From the NCBI GenBank assembly GCA_009914755.4, contig CP068257.2, positions 37,184,001 through 37,248,000 of the forward strand: a stretch of 64,000 bases of DNA, in the 5' to 3' direction. Source of the stretch: the human T2T-CHM13v2.0 reference genome, Homo sapiens. The notes under the pieces were generated by a model. That model worked only from the letters and a program-made list of their open reading frames with translations. It did not search any database and was not told the origin of the DNA. Both the position numbers and the translations under genes were made by a program. This document shows, in pieces, positions 38,421-49,775 of this stretch. Positions within the stretch are counted from its first letter, which is position 1. Each line of letters begins with the position of its first letter.

Positions 38421-40091
38421 ACATCAGGCAGGAAGGACAGGACCATGAGAAACAGCGTGCAACATATGCAGGGTGTCTTCCCAATTATCCTCAGAAACAC
38501 TCATCTGCGTGGGTGAGTCTTGTCCTGAGGATACCACCTGTCCCAGAAAAGTGTGAGGAACCGTAGGCTGAAGCTCCCCCTTGGAGAAGCCACCATGGAG
38601 GGTATGCTTGGCCTCCAGAATCCCCTGTGTGGGTCAGCAGCTCCCTGCTCTCCCGGTTGCTCAGCCCAGACATCTGGAAATCCCTCCTGACTCCTCTGTA
38701 TCCATCCATCAGGTACTCCCATAAATTCCGCCCTGCAAAGCCCCTCTACTCTTTTCTGTCCATCTCGACTACCACCATCCTGTAAGCCACCATTACCTCT
38801 TCCCAAGTGCTCTGTTCCTTGGGTAACCACCTCCCTTACTAGGCCCCCACTTCACTATTACTTCCTCCAATTCATGTCTGCACACAGCCAGAGTGGACCT
38901 TTTACCAAAGACCTGAGCATGCTTCATATGAAGCCAGACCTCGGCCTGCATGCGGTGAGTGTGCAGCAGCCCTTGACCTTGGTCCTTGTCTCCTACCTCG
39001 GGTCATGAACAGCAAAGGTGAGCACACATCCCTGAGTGCCCTGGACGGGCCTGGCTGGGGCCAGCGTATCATGCTGTGCCCAGTATATTATTCATAGCTC
39101 CCTTTCACTCTTAAAATTGCTTCAGTTACGACAATAAATTATATGATCACAGAATGAATGGGTCACTTGCATTCAAACTTTTCAAAGAGAACTGCAACAT
39201 TCCTAAAATATAGAAGCTCATGAGAAAATAGACAACATGAGTCAAATCAAACTCTAAATACAGCCGTGGACAGTCAAAGAAACGCCACTGCTTTGCCAAG
39301 TTAGCCCATGTGGGAACATCACGTTTTTGGTTAAGACAATTCTATATTCTTAAAGGCCAAATGTAAGCCACCTCAGTTTTGGGAAGGTCCCAATAAAAGC
39401 TGAATAATGTGTAAGCATAGTTTAAAGTTAAGGCCCCTCTAATTTATTGTGGACCTGAAGATATTATGCTTGAAAATCATTTCACAGGAGTCCATTCTAA
39501 AGTTTGTATGATGCAACGTTCTTGTGAATTATAGACAAATGATTCATCTGTTTGACTCAGATTCAAGGACATTTTTTGTGGTGAAGTAAGGCACTGAGTC
39601 TCAAGATATAATGTAAAGATATGGAGTTGCTATGCCAGGAAAAGAACTATAGAAAGGGCAGCTAGGAAGTCAATGCAATAGTCAGCACACCTCTGGGGCC
39701 CTCCCTGGGAGCCTCTGATTCCATTACTCTTGGGTGGGCCCTGGACATCTATATTTTCTCCAAGTTCCATTCATGATTCTAATGCTCAGCAAAGCTGGGG
39801 AACCACTGCAATAAGGCATGATCTTGAGAGTTATGGCGCAGAGACATGCATCTGCCTCTGACTCAGCACAAGGGGCACCCCGCTTCTCACGTCTCATGAC
39901 TGCATGGTGTACAGTGTGGTCAGTTCAGCCTTTATGTCTAACCTCTGTCCTTCTCCACCCTGTGGGGTGCCGCTGACCTGTGGGGTGTTGACCACAAACA
40001 GATTCCTACCCCATGTTTCTTGGGGGTTCATCCCATGGGGATTTCCAGAAGGAGACTGGAGTTTCACTCTCCTGCCTCCCCTGATCCCTGC

Positions 40092-40397
40092 TTTTTTTTT
40101 TTTTTTTTGAGACAGGGTCTCACTCTAACACTCAGGCTGGAGTGCCGTGGTATGATCTCGGCTGACTAGCAACCTCCACCTCCTGGGTTCAAGCGATTCT
40201 TCTGCTTCAGCTTCCCGAGCTGCTGAACTAAAGGCACGTGCCACCACGCCTGGCTAATTTTTTTATTTTTAGTATATTTTAGTAGAGACGGAATTTCACC
40301 GTGTTGGCCAGCCTGGTCTTGAACTCCTGACCTCAAGTGATCTGCCCGCCTTGGCCTCCTAAAGTGCTAAGATTCCAGACGTGAGCCACCGGGCTCT
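40092..40397 (-). mobile_element. Full-length Alu (antisense)
   Basis: tttttttttttttttgagacagggtctcactctaacactcaggctggagtgccgtggtatgatctcggctgactagcaacctccacctcctgggttcaagcgattcttctgcttcagcttcccgagctgctgaactaaaggcacgtgccaccacgcctggctaatttttt...gcctcctaaagtgctaagattccagacgtgagccaccgggctc. Confidence 0.92.
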
Positions 40398-42572
40398 CCT
40401 GCCTCCCTTTTGACCAGCTGGCCTTGAGCTGGCTGTGTCCGTGGGCCTGAGGCTATGCTCCTCTCAAAGGCTGACTCTCCATGGCTCTCCTTGTGGTTCC
40501 ACTAACTAGTGCCTACCCTTGTCCCTCGAGGCTTAGAAGGTGCTGAAGCTGAACTGCAGGGAGCCCCAGGTTACTGCCTGTATTCATTACCTGTGTCTGC
40601 TGTAAGAAATTTCCACACACTCATTCACTTAAAACAACATATATTTATTATCTTACATTTCTAGAGGACAAGAGTCCAGAAATAGTCCCACTGGGCTAAC
40701 GTCAAGGGCTAGTGCCCTCTGGAGCTCCTAGAGTCAGCCTGCATTCCCAGGCTTATGGCCCCTTCCACCATCCTGAGAGCCAGCAGTGTGGCACCTTCAA
40801 CTCTCTCTCTGCCCACCCTCCGCTTTCATCATCACTCATCTCTGACTGTGAGGATCCTGCTTCCCTCTTTCGAGGAACCCTGTGACTACATGGGTGATCC
40901 ATGACAGTCTGCCCATCTCCAGATCCTCAGTCACCCTGCAAAGTCTCTTTTGCCGAGTAAGGCAGCATGTTCACAGGTTCTGGGGAGCAGGAGGTGGACC
41001 TCTTGGGGGTCATTATTGCGTGTACCGCACCTTGCTTTCTACTTTGCAGTTTCCTACGCCCACACCTTTGTGAACAGCCCCGTGGTGTATGAACCCTCCT
41101 CAAAGTCACCTGTTTCCAGCATCATTTTTTCCCTAACTCTGTGCACCATCTCTAGCACTTATTTTTTAAATGTATTGAAAAGATAGACTCAATTAGCACT
41201 TATGGAACAGCTTTCCGAGGAAATGAATAGATTTGAGCAGTTTGCTGATAGAGGTGCCCAGTGGAAATATCAAAGTACAAATGAGAATGTTGGTGGTTTC
41301 CATGAAGTGAAGCTGTCTGACCAGACAATAACATGAGAATCATGTCTCCACAGAGATTACCCACTTTTGAATCACTCTGTCAAGGTGTTGGCACAATGCT
41401 GCCCTCATTATCGAAAGGCGATGACTACAACAGTCTTGTTCATTCAAGAGCTGTACTCCAGTCAAGGAACTGAGAACCTCCCAGGGGGCACAGCCTTGTG
41501 CTTGGTTGTGCAACCAACATGCCTTATTTCTAATTTCACACACAATGTGTGTGATCAGCAAAACAAGGGCCCCCCAAATATGTCTATGCCCTAATCTCTG
41601 AGGCCTGTGAATATGCTGTGTTACATGGTCAGAGAGACTTTGCAGATGTAATTAAATTTAGGGACTTTATAATAGTGAGATTGTCCTGGATTCTCTGGGT
41701 GGGCCAAATTAATTTCATGAGGCCTTCACAGTAGGGCACTCTCAGGCTGGGAGCAGAAGAGGGGTGCAGCAGGAAGAGAAGTCAGTGGAGTCTGATCCTG
41801 AGATGGATGGCATGCACGCTCACTGGCCCTGAGATGCAGGGGCCACATGTGAGGACCAGAGGGAGATCTCTAGGGGCTCTGACGGCTCCTCCCAGCTGAC
41901 AGCCAGCAAGGAAACAGGGACCTCAGCCCCACAACCATGGAAACTACTAGCAGTATAGATGAACCTGGCTGCTGATTTTTCCCAGGGCCTCTTAGTAAGA
42001 ACCCAGCTGGTTGACATCTTGGTTTCAGGCTTACAGAACCCAAAGCAGAGAAAGCAGTTGAGCTGTCCCAGACTTCCGACCTACAGAACTGTCAGGCAAT
42101 AAACCGTTATTGGTTTCAGCCCCTAGCTTTGTGACTGTTTGTCATGGCAGCAACAGAAAACTAAACGAAGCCATTTCAGTGAGAGCAGGAAAAGTGCTGT
42201 AAAATAGTATTCTCTAAAAGAGAAAATTTTCATTGTTTATTTCTGATGATAAAAATAATACACTCTCATTCTTGGAAAATAGAACAACATGAAAAAAAAA
42301 GAAGAAAATTAAAATTACTTATAATCTCGCCAACCAGAGATCATTATCATTATTGCAATGGACTATATCATGTTCCCTCAAAATTCATATGTTGAAATTC
42401 CCAACCACCAATGGGACTGTATTAGGAGGTGGGGTCTTTATGGAGGTAATTAAGGTAACTGAGGCCATGAAAGTAGGGCTCTGATCGAATAGGATTGGTG
42501 TCCTCATAAAAAGATAATTTAATAATTATATATATTGTATATACACAATCTCTCCCTCTCTCTCTCTTTCTC

Positions 42573-42765
42573 TGCTACGTGAGGACACAGCAAGGGGAGA
42601 GAGCAGCTATCTGCAAGCCGGGAAGAAAGCCCGCATCAGAAACCCAATAGGCTGGCACCTTGATCTTGGACTTCCAGCCTCCAGAACTGAGAGAAATAAA
42701 TGTCCGTTGTTTAGGCCACTCAGTCTATAGTATTTACTTATGGCAGCCCAAGCATACTAATACAA
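42573..42765 (+). mobile_element. MaLR (MLT1/MST-type) LTR fragment
   Basis: ctctgctacgtgaggacacagcaaggggagagagcagctatctgcaagccgggaagaaagcccgcatcagaaacccaataggctggcaccttgatcttggacttccagcctccagaactgagagaaataaatgtccgttgtttaggccactcagtctatagtatttacttatggcagcc is the classic MaLR LTR 3' half. Confidence 0.85.
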
Positions 42766-43039
42766 TTACTGATCGCATTTTCCTGTATTTCTTACCAATA
42801 TTTTAAAGCCCACATTTTTCTTAGAAGTAAGAACATGTCATATATAATCATATAGCTTCTTAATAAGTAACATTGTTGCCATTAATATGTTACTAGAAAA
42901 ATTTAAAAATCTGTTTTTCAATGACTACATAATAGTTTTTCAAGCTCCATAATGGCAAGGTCTTTCCTTTTTTAAAAAAGTGAGGTTTAATTTACATGCA
43001 GTAAAATGAACAGATTGTAAGGGTTCAGTTTGATCAGTG

Positions 43040-43430
43040 TATTAGTTCATTGCTGCACTGCTGTAAAGAAATACCTGAGACTGGGTAATTTGTAAAGAAA
43101 AGAGGTTTAATTGGCTCATGGTTCTGCAGGCTGTATAGAAAGCACGACAGTCTCTGGGGAGGCCTCAGGAAACTTACAATCATGTCGGAAGGCAAAGAGG
43201 CAGCAGATGCATCTTATGTGGCTGGAGCACAAGGAATAGAGAGAGAGGAGAGAGGTGTTGAACACTTTTAAACAACCAGATCTTGTGAGAACTCCATCAC
43301 AAGAAGAGCATCAAAGGAAGAAACTGCTCCCATGATCCAATCACCTCCCACCAGGCCCCCGCTCCAACATTGGGGATTACAATTCGACATGAGACTTGGG
43401 CAGGGGCACAGATCCAAACCATATCAATCA
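43040..43430 (-). mobile_element. THE1/MST-class (ERVL-MaLR) LTR, antisense
   Basis: Reverse complement of the THE1/MST LTR: cattgctgcactgctgtaaagaaatacctgagactgggtaatttgtaaagaaaagaggtttaattggctcatggttctgcaggctgtatagaaagcacgacag...caatcatgtcggaaggcaaagaggcagcag...cccccgctccaacattggggattacaattcgacatgagacttgggcaggggcacagatccaaaccatatca. Confidence 0.85.
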
Positions 43431-44429
43431 GTTCTGACAAATGCATTCAGCTATGTAACTCACATCACTATCAATATATTAGATGTTTTCGATCACTCTA
43501 GAAAATTCCTTCTGTGCCACTTCCTGATCAATTCCCACCATTCCAGAAACAACTTCTATTCTCATTTCTATCCCCATGAATTAGTTTTCCTTGAGAAGGT
43601 CATAAATGTTATCATACACTATGTACTTTTGTGTCTGCTTCTCTCACTCGGAATAATGCTTTTGAGATTCATGCATGTTGCTGTGTATTGGTGCTTTGGT
43701 CCTGTCTGTTGCTGAGTCATGTATGGGTACACTGCAATTTTGTTATTGGTTCACCAGTTCATGAACGCTTGGCATATTTCTGTTTTGGAGCTAGTATGAA
43801 TAAAGCTGCTATGAACATTTTTGTGCAAGGATTTTTGTGGGCATATGTTTTCATATCTCTAGGAACTGAATTGTGAGTCATAGGATAGATATATATTTAA
43901 AATTATAAGAAACTTCCAAACCATTTTTCAAAATGGTTATATCATTTTATGTGCTCACCAGCTACATGTAAGAGTTCCAGTAGTTCGGCTTCCTCTGCTA
44001 TACTTGGAATGGTCAATCTTTTTCATTTTAGCCATGCTAGAGGGCTGAAGTCCTATCTCACTTTTAATATGCATTTCCCTGATGACTAACGGTGTTCATG
44101 TGCTTATTGGTCACATATCCTATTTGGTAAAGTCTCTTTTTAGTCTTTTACCTAATTTTAACTAGGGTTGTTTTTTTTATTATTAAATTCTAGCAGATTT
44201 TAAAAATATATGCAGATGCTCCCTGATTTGCAATGGAGATACATCCTGATAAACCTGTTGTAAGTCAAAACTATCATGAGTTTGCATTTAACACTCCAAT
44301 AAAGCCATCATAAAGTCAAAAAATCATAAGAATGGACGTTTTCTCCCAGCCTGCGGCTTGCCTATTTCATATCTTAATAATGTCTTTTGATGGGCAGAAG
44401 TTTTTAATTTTGGTGAATTCTCATAATGC

Positions 44430-44790
44430 TTGGCTGTGGGTTCTCATCCAAATCTCATCTTGAATTATAATTTGAATTGTAATCCCCACATGTTGAGGGA
44501 AGGACCTAGTGGGACACGATTGGATCATGGGGGCAGTTTCCCCCATGCTGTTCCCGTGATAGTGAGTTCTCACAAGATCTGGTTGTTTAATAAGGGTCTG
44601 GTGCTACCCCCTTCTTTCTCTTTCTCTCCTGCCACCATGTAAGATGTGCCTTGCTTCCCCTTCGCCTTTGTGAGGCCTCTACAGCCATGCAGAACTGTGA
44701 GTCAGTTAAACCCCTTTTCTTTACCCAGTCCCAGGTAGTATCTTTATAGCAGTGTGAAAATGGACTAATACAAATTCCAATTCCAATTTT
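44430..44790 (+). mobile_element. THE1/MST-class LTR, sense
   Basis: tggctgtgggttctcatccaaatctcatcttgaattataatttgaattgtaatccccacatgttgagggaaggacctagtgggacacgattggatcatgggggcagtttcccccatgctgttcccgtgatagtgagttctcacaagatctggttgtttaataagggtctggtgctacccccttc...gccaccatgtaagatgtgccttgcttccccttcgcctttgtgaggcctctacagccatgcagaactgtgagtcagttaaaccccttttctttacccagtcccaggtagtatctttatagcagtgtgaaaatggactaatacaa is a near-textbook THE1/MSTA LTR. Confidence 0.88.
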
Positions 44791-45169
44791 AGTGAAATCC
44801 AATTCCAAATTTTGGTGAATTCCAAAAATTTTTTTCTATGACTCTGCTAACAAATGTGTCCATCCCCAAACTCATAAAGATATTTTTAAAGTTTTCTTCT
44901 AGAGGTTTTACAGGTTTAGTGTTATGATAAGGCCTATGGTCCACCTTGGAATAAATTTTTTGTATGGTATGAGGTAGGGATTGAGGTTCTTCCCTCTCCT
45001 CATATGGATTTCACTTATTTCTGCATCTGTTTTTGGAAATTTCCTTTTTTTCTCGTTGAATTGCTTTGGCATCTTTGTTGAAAATACCATTTGACCATAT
45101 AGTTGGGAACTTATTTCTAGAATTTCTATTTTGCTTGATCGTTTTTTGTCTGTTCTTTCAGCAGTACAG

Positions 45170-45490
45170 TCCTGTATTAGTCTGTTCTCATTCTGCTAAT
45201 AAAGACATATGCAAGACTGGGTAATTTATAAAGGAAAGAAGTTTAATTGACTCACAGTTCCACATGGCTGGGGAGGCCTCACAATCATTGTGGAAGGCAA
45301 GAGAGCGTATGTAGGAGAACTCAAAACCATCAGATCTCATGAGACTTATTCACTACCATGAGAACAGTATGGGGAAACCACCCCCATGGTTCAATTATTT
45401 CCACCTAGCTCTGCCTTTGACACACGCAGATTATTACAATTCAAGGTGCGATTTGGGTGGGGACACAGCCAAACTATATCAAGTACTGTT
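45170..45490 (-). mobile_element. THE1/MST-class LTR, antisense
   Basis: cctgtattagtctgttctcattctgctaataaagacatatgcaagactgggtaatttataaaggaaagaagtttaattgactcacagttccacatggctggggaggcctcacaatcattgtggaaggcaagagagcg...gattattacaattcaaggtgcgatttgggtggggacacagccaaactatatca. Confidence 0.85.
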
Positions 45491-48400
45491 TTGATTACTA
45501 CAGCTTTAGGTTAAAATTTGAAGTCAGGTAGTATAAGTCCTCCAAATTTGTTCTTTTTCAAAATTATTTTTGTCATTCTATGTGCTTTGAATTTTCATAT
45601 AAATTTTAGAATCTGCTCATTGATTTCTATTTTTAAAAACCATCTGGGATTTGGATTGGGATTGCCTTGCATCTATACATAAATTTGGAGATAAATGACA
45701 TAATAAGAAAATTGTCTCCCAATCCATAAACATTGTATATATTTCCATTTATTTAGGTCTTATTTTATTTCTCCACAACATCTTATAGTTTTTATTACAG
45801 AGGTATTACATACCTTTTGTTAAATTTATCTCTAAGTATTTCATATTTTGGGGTGCTATTGTAAAGAGTATTTTAAAACTTTTATTTTTAAATGCTATAT
45901 AAAAATATATGTGTATATAAAAACACATACATGTGGGTGTATTTGTATATCTATCACTACAGCTATATGTTTATATTAATGTCTATATCTATGTCTATCT
46001 TTGAGTCTCTATTTTCAGACTTGGGCAAACTCTACTCCTCAATTTGTGGAAAAATCTCAGTATTGATCTATGCATGGTAGGTGCATTTCATACATATGTA
46101 TGTATTTTTAACAATGTAAGAAGCACCCTCTATTTCACCTTCCAAACAAAAACTTAACTGACAGTAATCTATATCTAATCACATGGTTTCCGCCACTTAA
46201 GGCCTATCCCCTGGTCTCCATAGTCAAGTATTATCATCCCAAATAAATCTCTGAATTTATTGAACCTTTTCCCTGTTCACGGATTTTGTGGTGATGTTTC
46301 CAGGTTTTTGCTGTCACAACTAATTCTGTAATAAGTATTTTTGTGTGGTATATTTGGTCCAAACACTGATTATATTCTTGGGAGGTGTTTTTATAATTGG
46401 AATTCCCATGCTAAAGTACATCAAAGGGCATGAACATTTTAAGATTCTTGATATAGTTTAGCAAAAGATTTCCAGAGTGCTTGTATCAACTAACTCTTTC
46501 ACCAGCAAGACAAGAATGGCCACTTCAGAGTACCTTTGCCAAAATTTATTAAATTTTTTTAACTTCGTTAAATATAATGAGTGACACTTTTAACTTTTGC
46601 ATTATTCACATTTTATTAGACAGTGGTTTTTCCTACTCTGCAAATTTTCTATTTTGATTTTGAAATATTTGTATTTAATGATATTTAATGTATTGTGGAG
46701 AGTAACTAGCTGCACATCACATTTATAGAAAGTATTTTTCCCTTTTAATTTTGTACATGATTATACCAAGTTTTATACATGCTCCATCCTCATGACCTAA
46801 ACACCTCCCAAAAGGCCCAACACCCCAACAAACAGTGTTACAGTGGGGATTAAGCTTCCAATACATGAATTCTGGGGGACACATTCAGACAATAGCAAAT
46901 ATTAAAACTATAAATTGTATAAAATTGTATAAACACAATTTACCTATTATCTGTTAGGAAGTGTCATTGTTCTAAGGTCATCCTAGTCCTGGTCAGCCAG
47001 TCTCACATGAAATAAAATCCACCTGGCTGTGAAGCCACCTCCTTCAGCACAGTGCCATCATCCCTGCCCTCTACTTAGTGAAAAACAATGGGACTGTTAA
47101 AGCGTTGCATTGGAAAGCATTACCTACTCTTCCAGCCTGATCTGGAATAGCCTCAGACGCCCCCAGCCCCTCTCAGAATGAGGGGACTTTTTCCAGCTCC
47201 GCAGGACTGTGCAGGGCCCCTTCCCAGTGCAGCCTTGACTGTGGGGTGCGGTCCCTCTGCATGCCACTCACAGGACAAGTTTAATCAAGCCCAGTTTAAG
47301 GATCACAACCATAATGTCTACAAAACCATGATGAACTACAACCATTTGTAGTTCATTAGTTCAGAAAATCATTACTGAACTTCTGTGAACCTCCACAGTG
47401 CAAGAGCCCTTTTTGAAATGCAAATTTGGATAGATTCCCGGTTCAGGCTTACTTATATGCCAAGATAAATGAAAAGGGGATTCTTACATGTCAGTCAAAG
47501 ATGATTTCTCATCTAGCACACACCCTGAGCTTCTGGAAGTCGCCCAGTCACTCACTACGTTATTTGCCACACAGGTATTACACAAAGACCACGAGAAAAA
47601 GTCATCGTCCAAACCAGAGAAAGGAAATTGACCGGTGACCTGTCCTGGGCGCATAGCCGCATGTGATGACAGGCAGGACCCTGGCAGGGCAGAGAAACCA
47701 GCTCTGTTCAGAGGTTTCCAGACTGTAAATTTAAAGCCCTGTACAATTTCAACAACAATGAAAATTTAAGGATCAAGTGTACTGGCCTTTCAGCCTTCCA
47801 CTTTGCCAAATAAGCAAATTGAAAAAATAGTTACACTCATTTTTGCTATCATTTTATAAAAGGATATTTTTAACAGAAAAAAAGGGTAAAGAAAGTTATC
47901 TTAGAATAAAAGACAGTTTCTCAATTAAGTTCATTTGAAGTATGACAACTTGCTATACATTCCTTATTTTTCTACTTTCGTTTGCAGACCAGTGCAAAGG
48001 CTTTTATATGGACCAACCCCAGTCAGAAAGCAGGCACTTGGAAACCTCGTGTCTGTGAAGAACAAGGGGTGGAACCTCTGAAATCCTCCCCTTTGAGATT
48101 TCCCATGCATTCACACATCCTTCTGTGTGCCTTGAAAATGTAAGAAACAGATGTGGGCAAGAGGCAGCCAGAAGACTCCGGCACAGGCCCTGCAACCTAT
48201 CTGCTCACATCCTGCTTGGGAGACATGTCAGCGATAAACTCCAGGAGTAGTCACGAGGGCTGACAGGGGTTCCTGCCCGGCTCTGCATCCAACAGCCTGG
48301 TGGAGCCTAGGCTAAGTCTACAAAAATACGGAGCTCAGAGCTCCTACCTAGATTTCTTTGCTTTATTCAGGCAGAATTGACAAATTAAAAGGTATGTATT

Positions 48401-48651
48401 TAAGGTGTACTACTTGATTATTTGAAATACATGTACACAATTATGCTAATTAACATATCCATCGCCTCACAGTTACCTTTTTGGTATGTGATGAGAACAC
48501 TCAAGATCTGACCTCTTGGCAAATTTCGTGTACAACACAGTATTGTTCATTGCAGTCACCACGCAGGACACTAGATCTCCAGAATTTAAGTTACGTTTTG
48601 ATTGATTAGGTATGAGTTGGGCCTAACGATAGCATTTTACTCTTTTTATTC

Positions 48652-48946
48652 TTTTTTCTTTTTTTTTTTTGAGACAGGGTCTTAACTGTCACCCAGGCTG
48701 AGTGCAGTGGCACAATCATGGTTCACTGCAGTCTCAACTACCTGGGCTCAAGCAATCTCCTACCTCAGCCCCACAAGTCGGTGGGACTATAGGCACACCA
48801 TCACGCTTGGCTCATCTTCTATTTCTCATAGAGACAGGGTCTAACTATGTTGCCGAGGCTGGCCAGGAACTCCTGTACACAAGTGGTTCTCCCGCCTTGG
48901 GCTCCCAAAGTGGTGGGATTACAGGCTTGAGCCACTGCACCTGACT
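48652..48946 (-). mobile_element. Full-length Alu (antisense)
   Basis: ttttttttttttgagacagggtcttaactgtcacccaggctgagtgcagtggcacaatcatggttcactgcagtctcaactacctgggctcaagcaatctcctacctcagcc...ccaaagtggtgggattacaggcttgagccactgcacctgac. Confidence 0.92.
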
Positions 48947-49149
48947 GGACATTTTACTCTTTATCACAGCATTAGATACACATGGTCTAAAATATCACAA
49001 GGCTTATAATGGAAACAACTAGCCCCTGGCTCTGCCTACCCCACGCTGCTCATAGCCATGAGATTACGACCACCAGTGCACTTAGTGATGCTTTTGGGAA
49101 TTCACTTCTATGCTTGTTAATAACATGCTCATAGGGCTAGATCCTGATC

Positions 49150-49775
49150 CTCCATTGAGCACATTAACCTTGGGGATCTGCAAAACCATGGCTTCTCCCC
49201 ACTAAAGATGTCCATGTCCTAATCCTGGGAACATGGGATCCTGTGAACATGTCACTTTCCATGCCAGAAGGGACTTTGCAGGTGTGATTCAAGTAAGCAT
49301 CTTGAGATGGGGAGATTTTCCTGGATTATCCAGCCTGGTCCAATATCATCATAAGGGTCCACATGAAAGGGAGGGATTATCCAGCCTGGTCCAATATAAT
49401 CATAAGGATCCATATGAAAGGGAGGGATTATTCAGCCTGGTCCAATATCATCATAAGCGTCCATATGAAAGGGAGGGATGAGAGTGGAGTCAGAAAAAAG
49501 AGAGGTCGCCGTGGAAGCAGAGGTTGGAACAATTCACTGTGAAGACAGAGGAAGGGGCCAAAGCCGAGGAATGTGGTGGCCTCTGGAAGCTGGAAAGGGC
49601 AAGGAAGATTCTCCTCAGAGCTTCCAGAAAGACAACAGCCCTGCCGACGCCTTTGATTATAGCACAGTGAAGACTCATTTCAGACTTCTGAACTCCAGAA
49701 CTGCAAGGTCACAGTTGTGTTGTCTTAAGCCACTGAATGTCCGGTAATGAGTTACAGAAGCAACAGGAAGCCAAT
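49150..49775 (+). mobile_element. ERVL-MaLR LTR (MLT-type) containing an internal 3 x 51-bp tandem triplication (49323-49475)
   Basis: gggactttgcaggtgtgattcaagtaagcatcttgagatggggagattttcctggattatccagcctggtccaatat.atcataag.gtcca.atgaaagggag (x3) ...gaggtcgccgtggaagcagaggttggaacaattcactgtgaagacagaggaaggggccaaagccgaggaatgtggtggcctctggaagctggaaagggcaaggaagattctcctcagagcttccagaaagacaacagccctgccgacgcctttgattatagcacagtgaagactcatttcagacttctgaactccagaactgcaaggtcacagttgtgttgtcttaagccactgaatgt matches the MaLR LTR consensus (gtgattaaggatcttgagatggggagattatcctggattatccaggtgggcccaatgtaatcacaagggtccttataagag...ccagaactgtaagataataaatttgtgttgttttaagccactaagtttgtggtaat). Confidence 0.85.

Larger units (their letters stand above)
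43440..46050 (-). mobile_element. Old L1 (L1M-type) fragments, antisense, interrupted by THE1/MST LTR insertions (nested repeats)
   Basis: Antisense L1 ORF2/3' region similarity: gaataatgcttttgagattcatgcatgttgctgtgtattggtg, ...ctagtatgaataaagctgctatgaacatttttgtgcaaggatttttgtgggcatatgttttcatatctctaggaactgaattg...ccatttttcaaaatggttatatcattttatgtgctcaccagctacatgtaagagttccagtag...catttccctgatgactaacggtgttcatgtgcttattggtcacat, and at 45500-45700 ttgaagtcaggtagtataagtcctccaaatttgttctttttcaaaattatttttgtcattctatgtgc. Confidence 0.75.

Noticed and set aside
37897-38484. ORF 37897..38484 (-), 195 aa, the longest non-TE ORF in the 3' flank
   Set aside because: It has Ser/Cys/Pro-rich low-complexity translation and no recognisable domain. 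It lies within the unclassified repeat block. Its paralogous region in copy B (59.7-60.1 kb) has no open frame. It has no splice or polyA context.
43440-45170. Possibility of a full-length THE1 element (LTR - internal - LTR) between the two antisense THE1-type LTRs 1.74 kb apart
   Set aside because: The intervening sequence matches antisense L1 (ORF2/3' region motifs) rather than the THE1 internal region, and it contains a third, oppositely oriented THE1-type LTR. It is more consistent with independent solo LTRs inserted into an old L1.
49323-49475. Regularly spaced direct repeats considered as a possible CRISPR-like array
   Set aside because: This is a eukaryotic (human) sequence. The repeats are contiguous (51-bp period) with no unique spacers, and they lie inside a MaLR LTR. 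It is a minisatellite-type tandem duplication.
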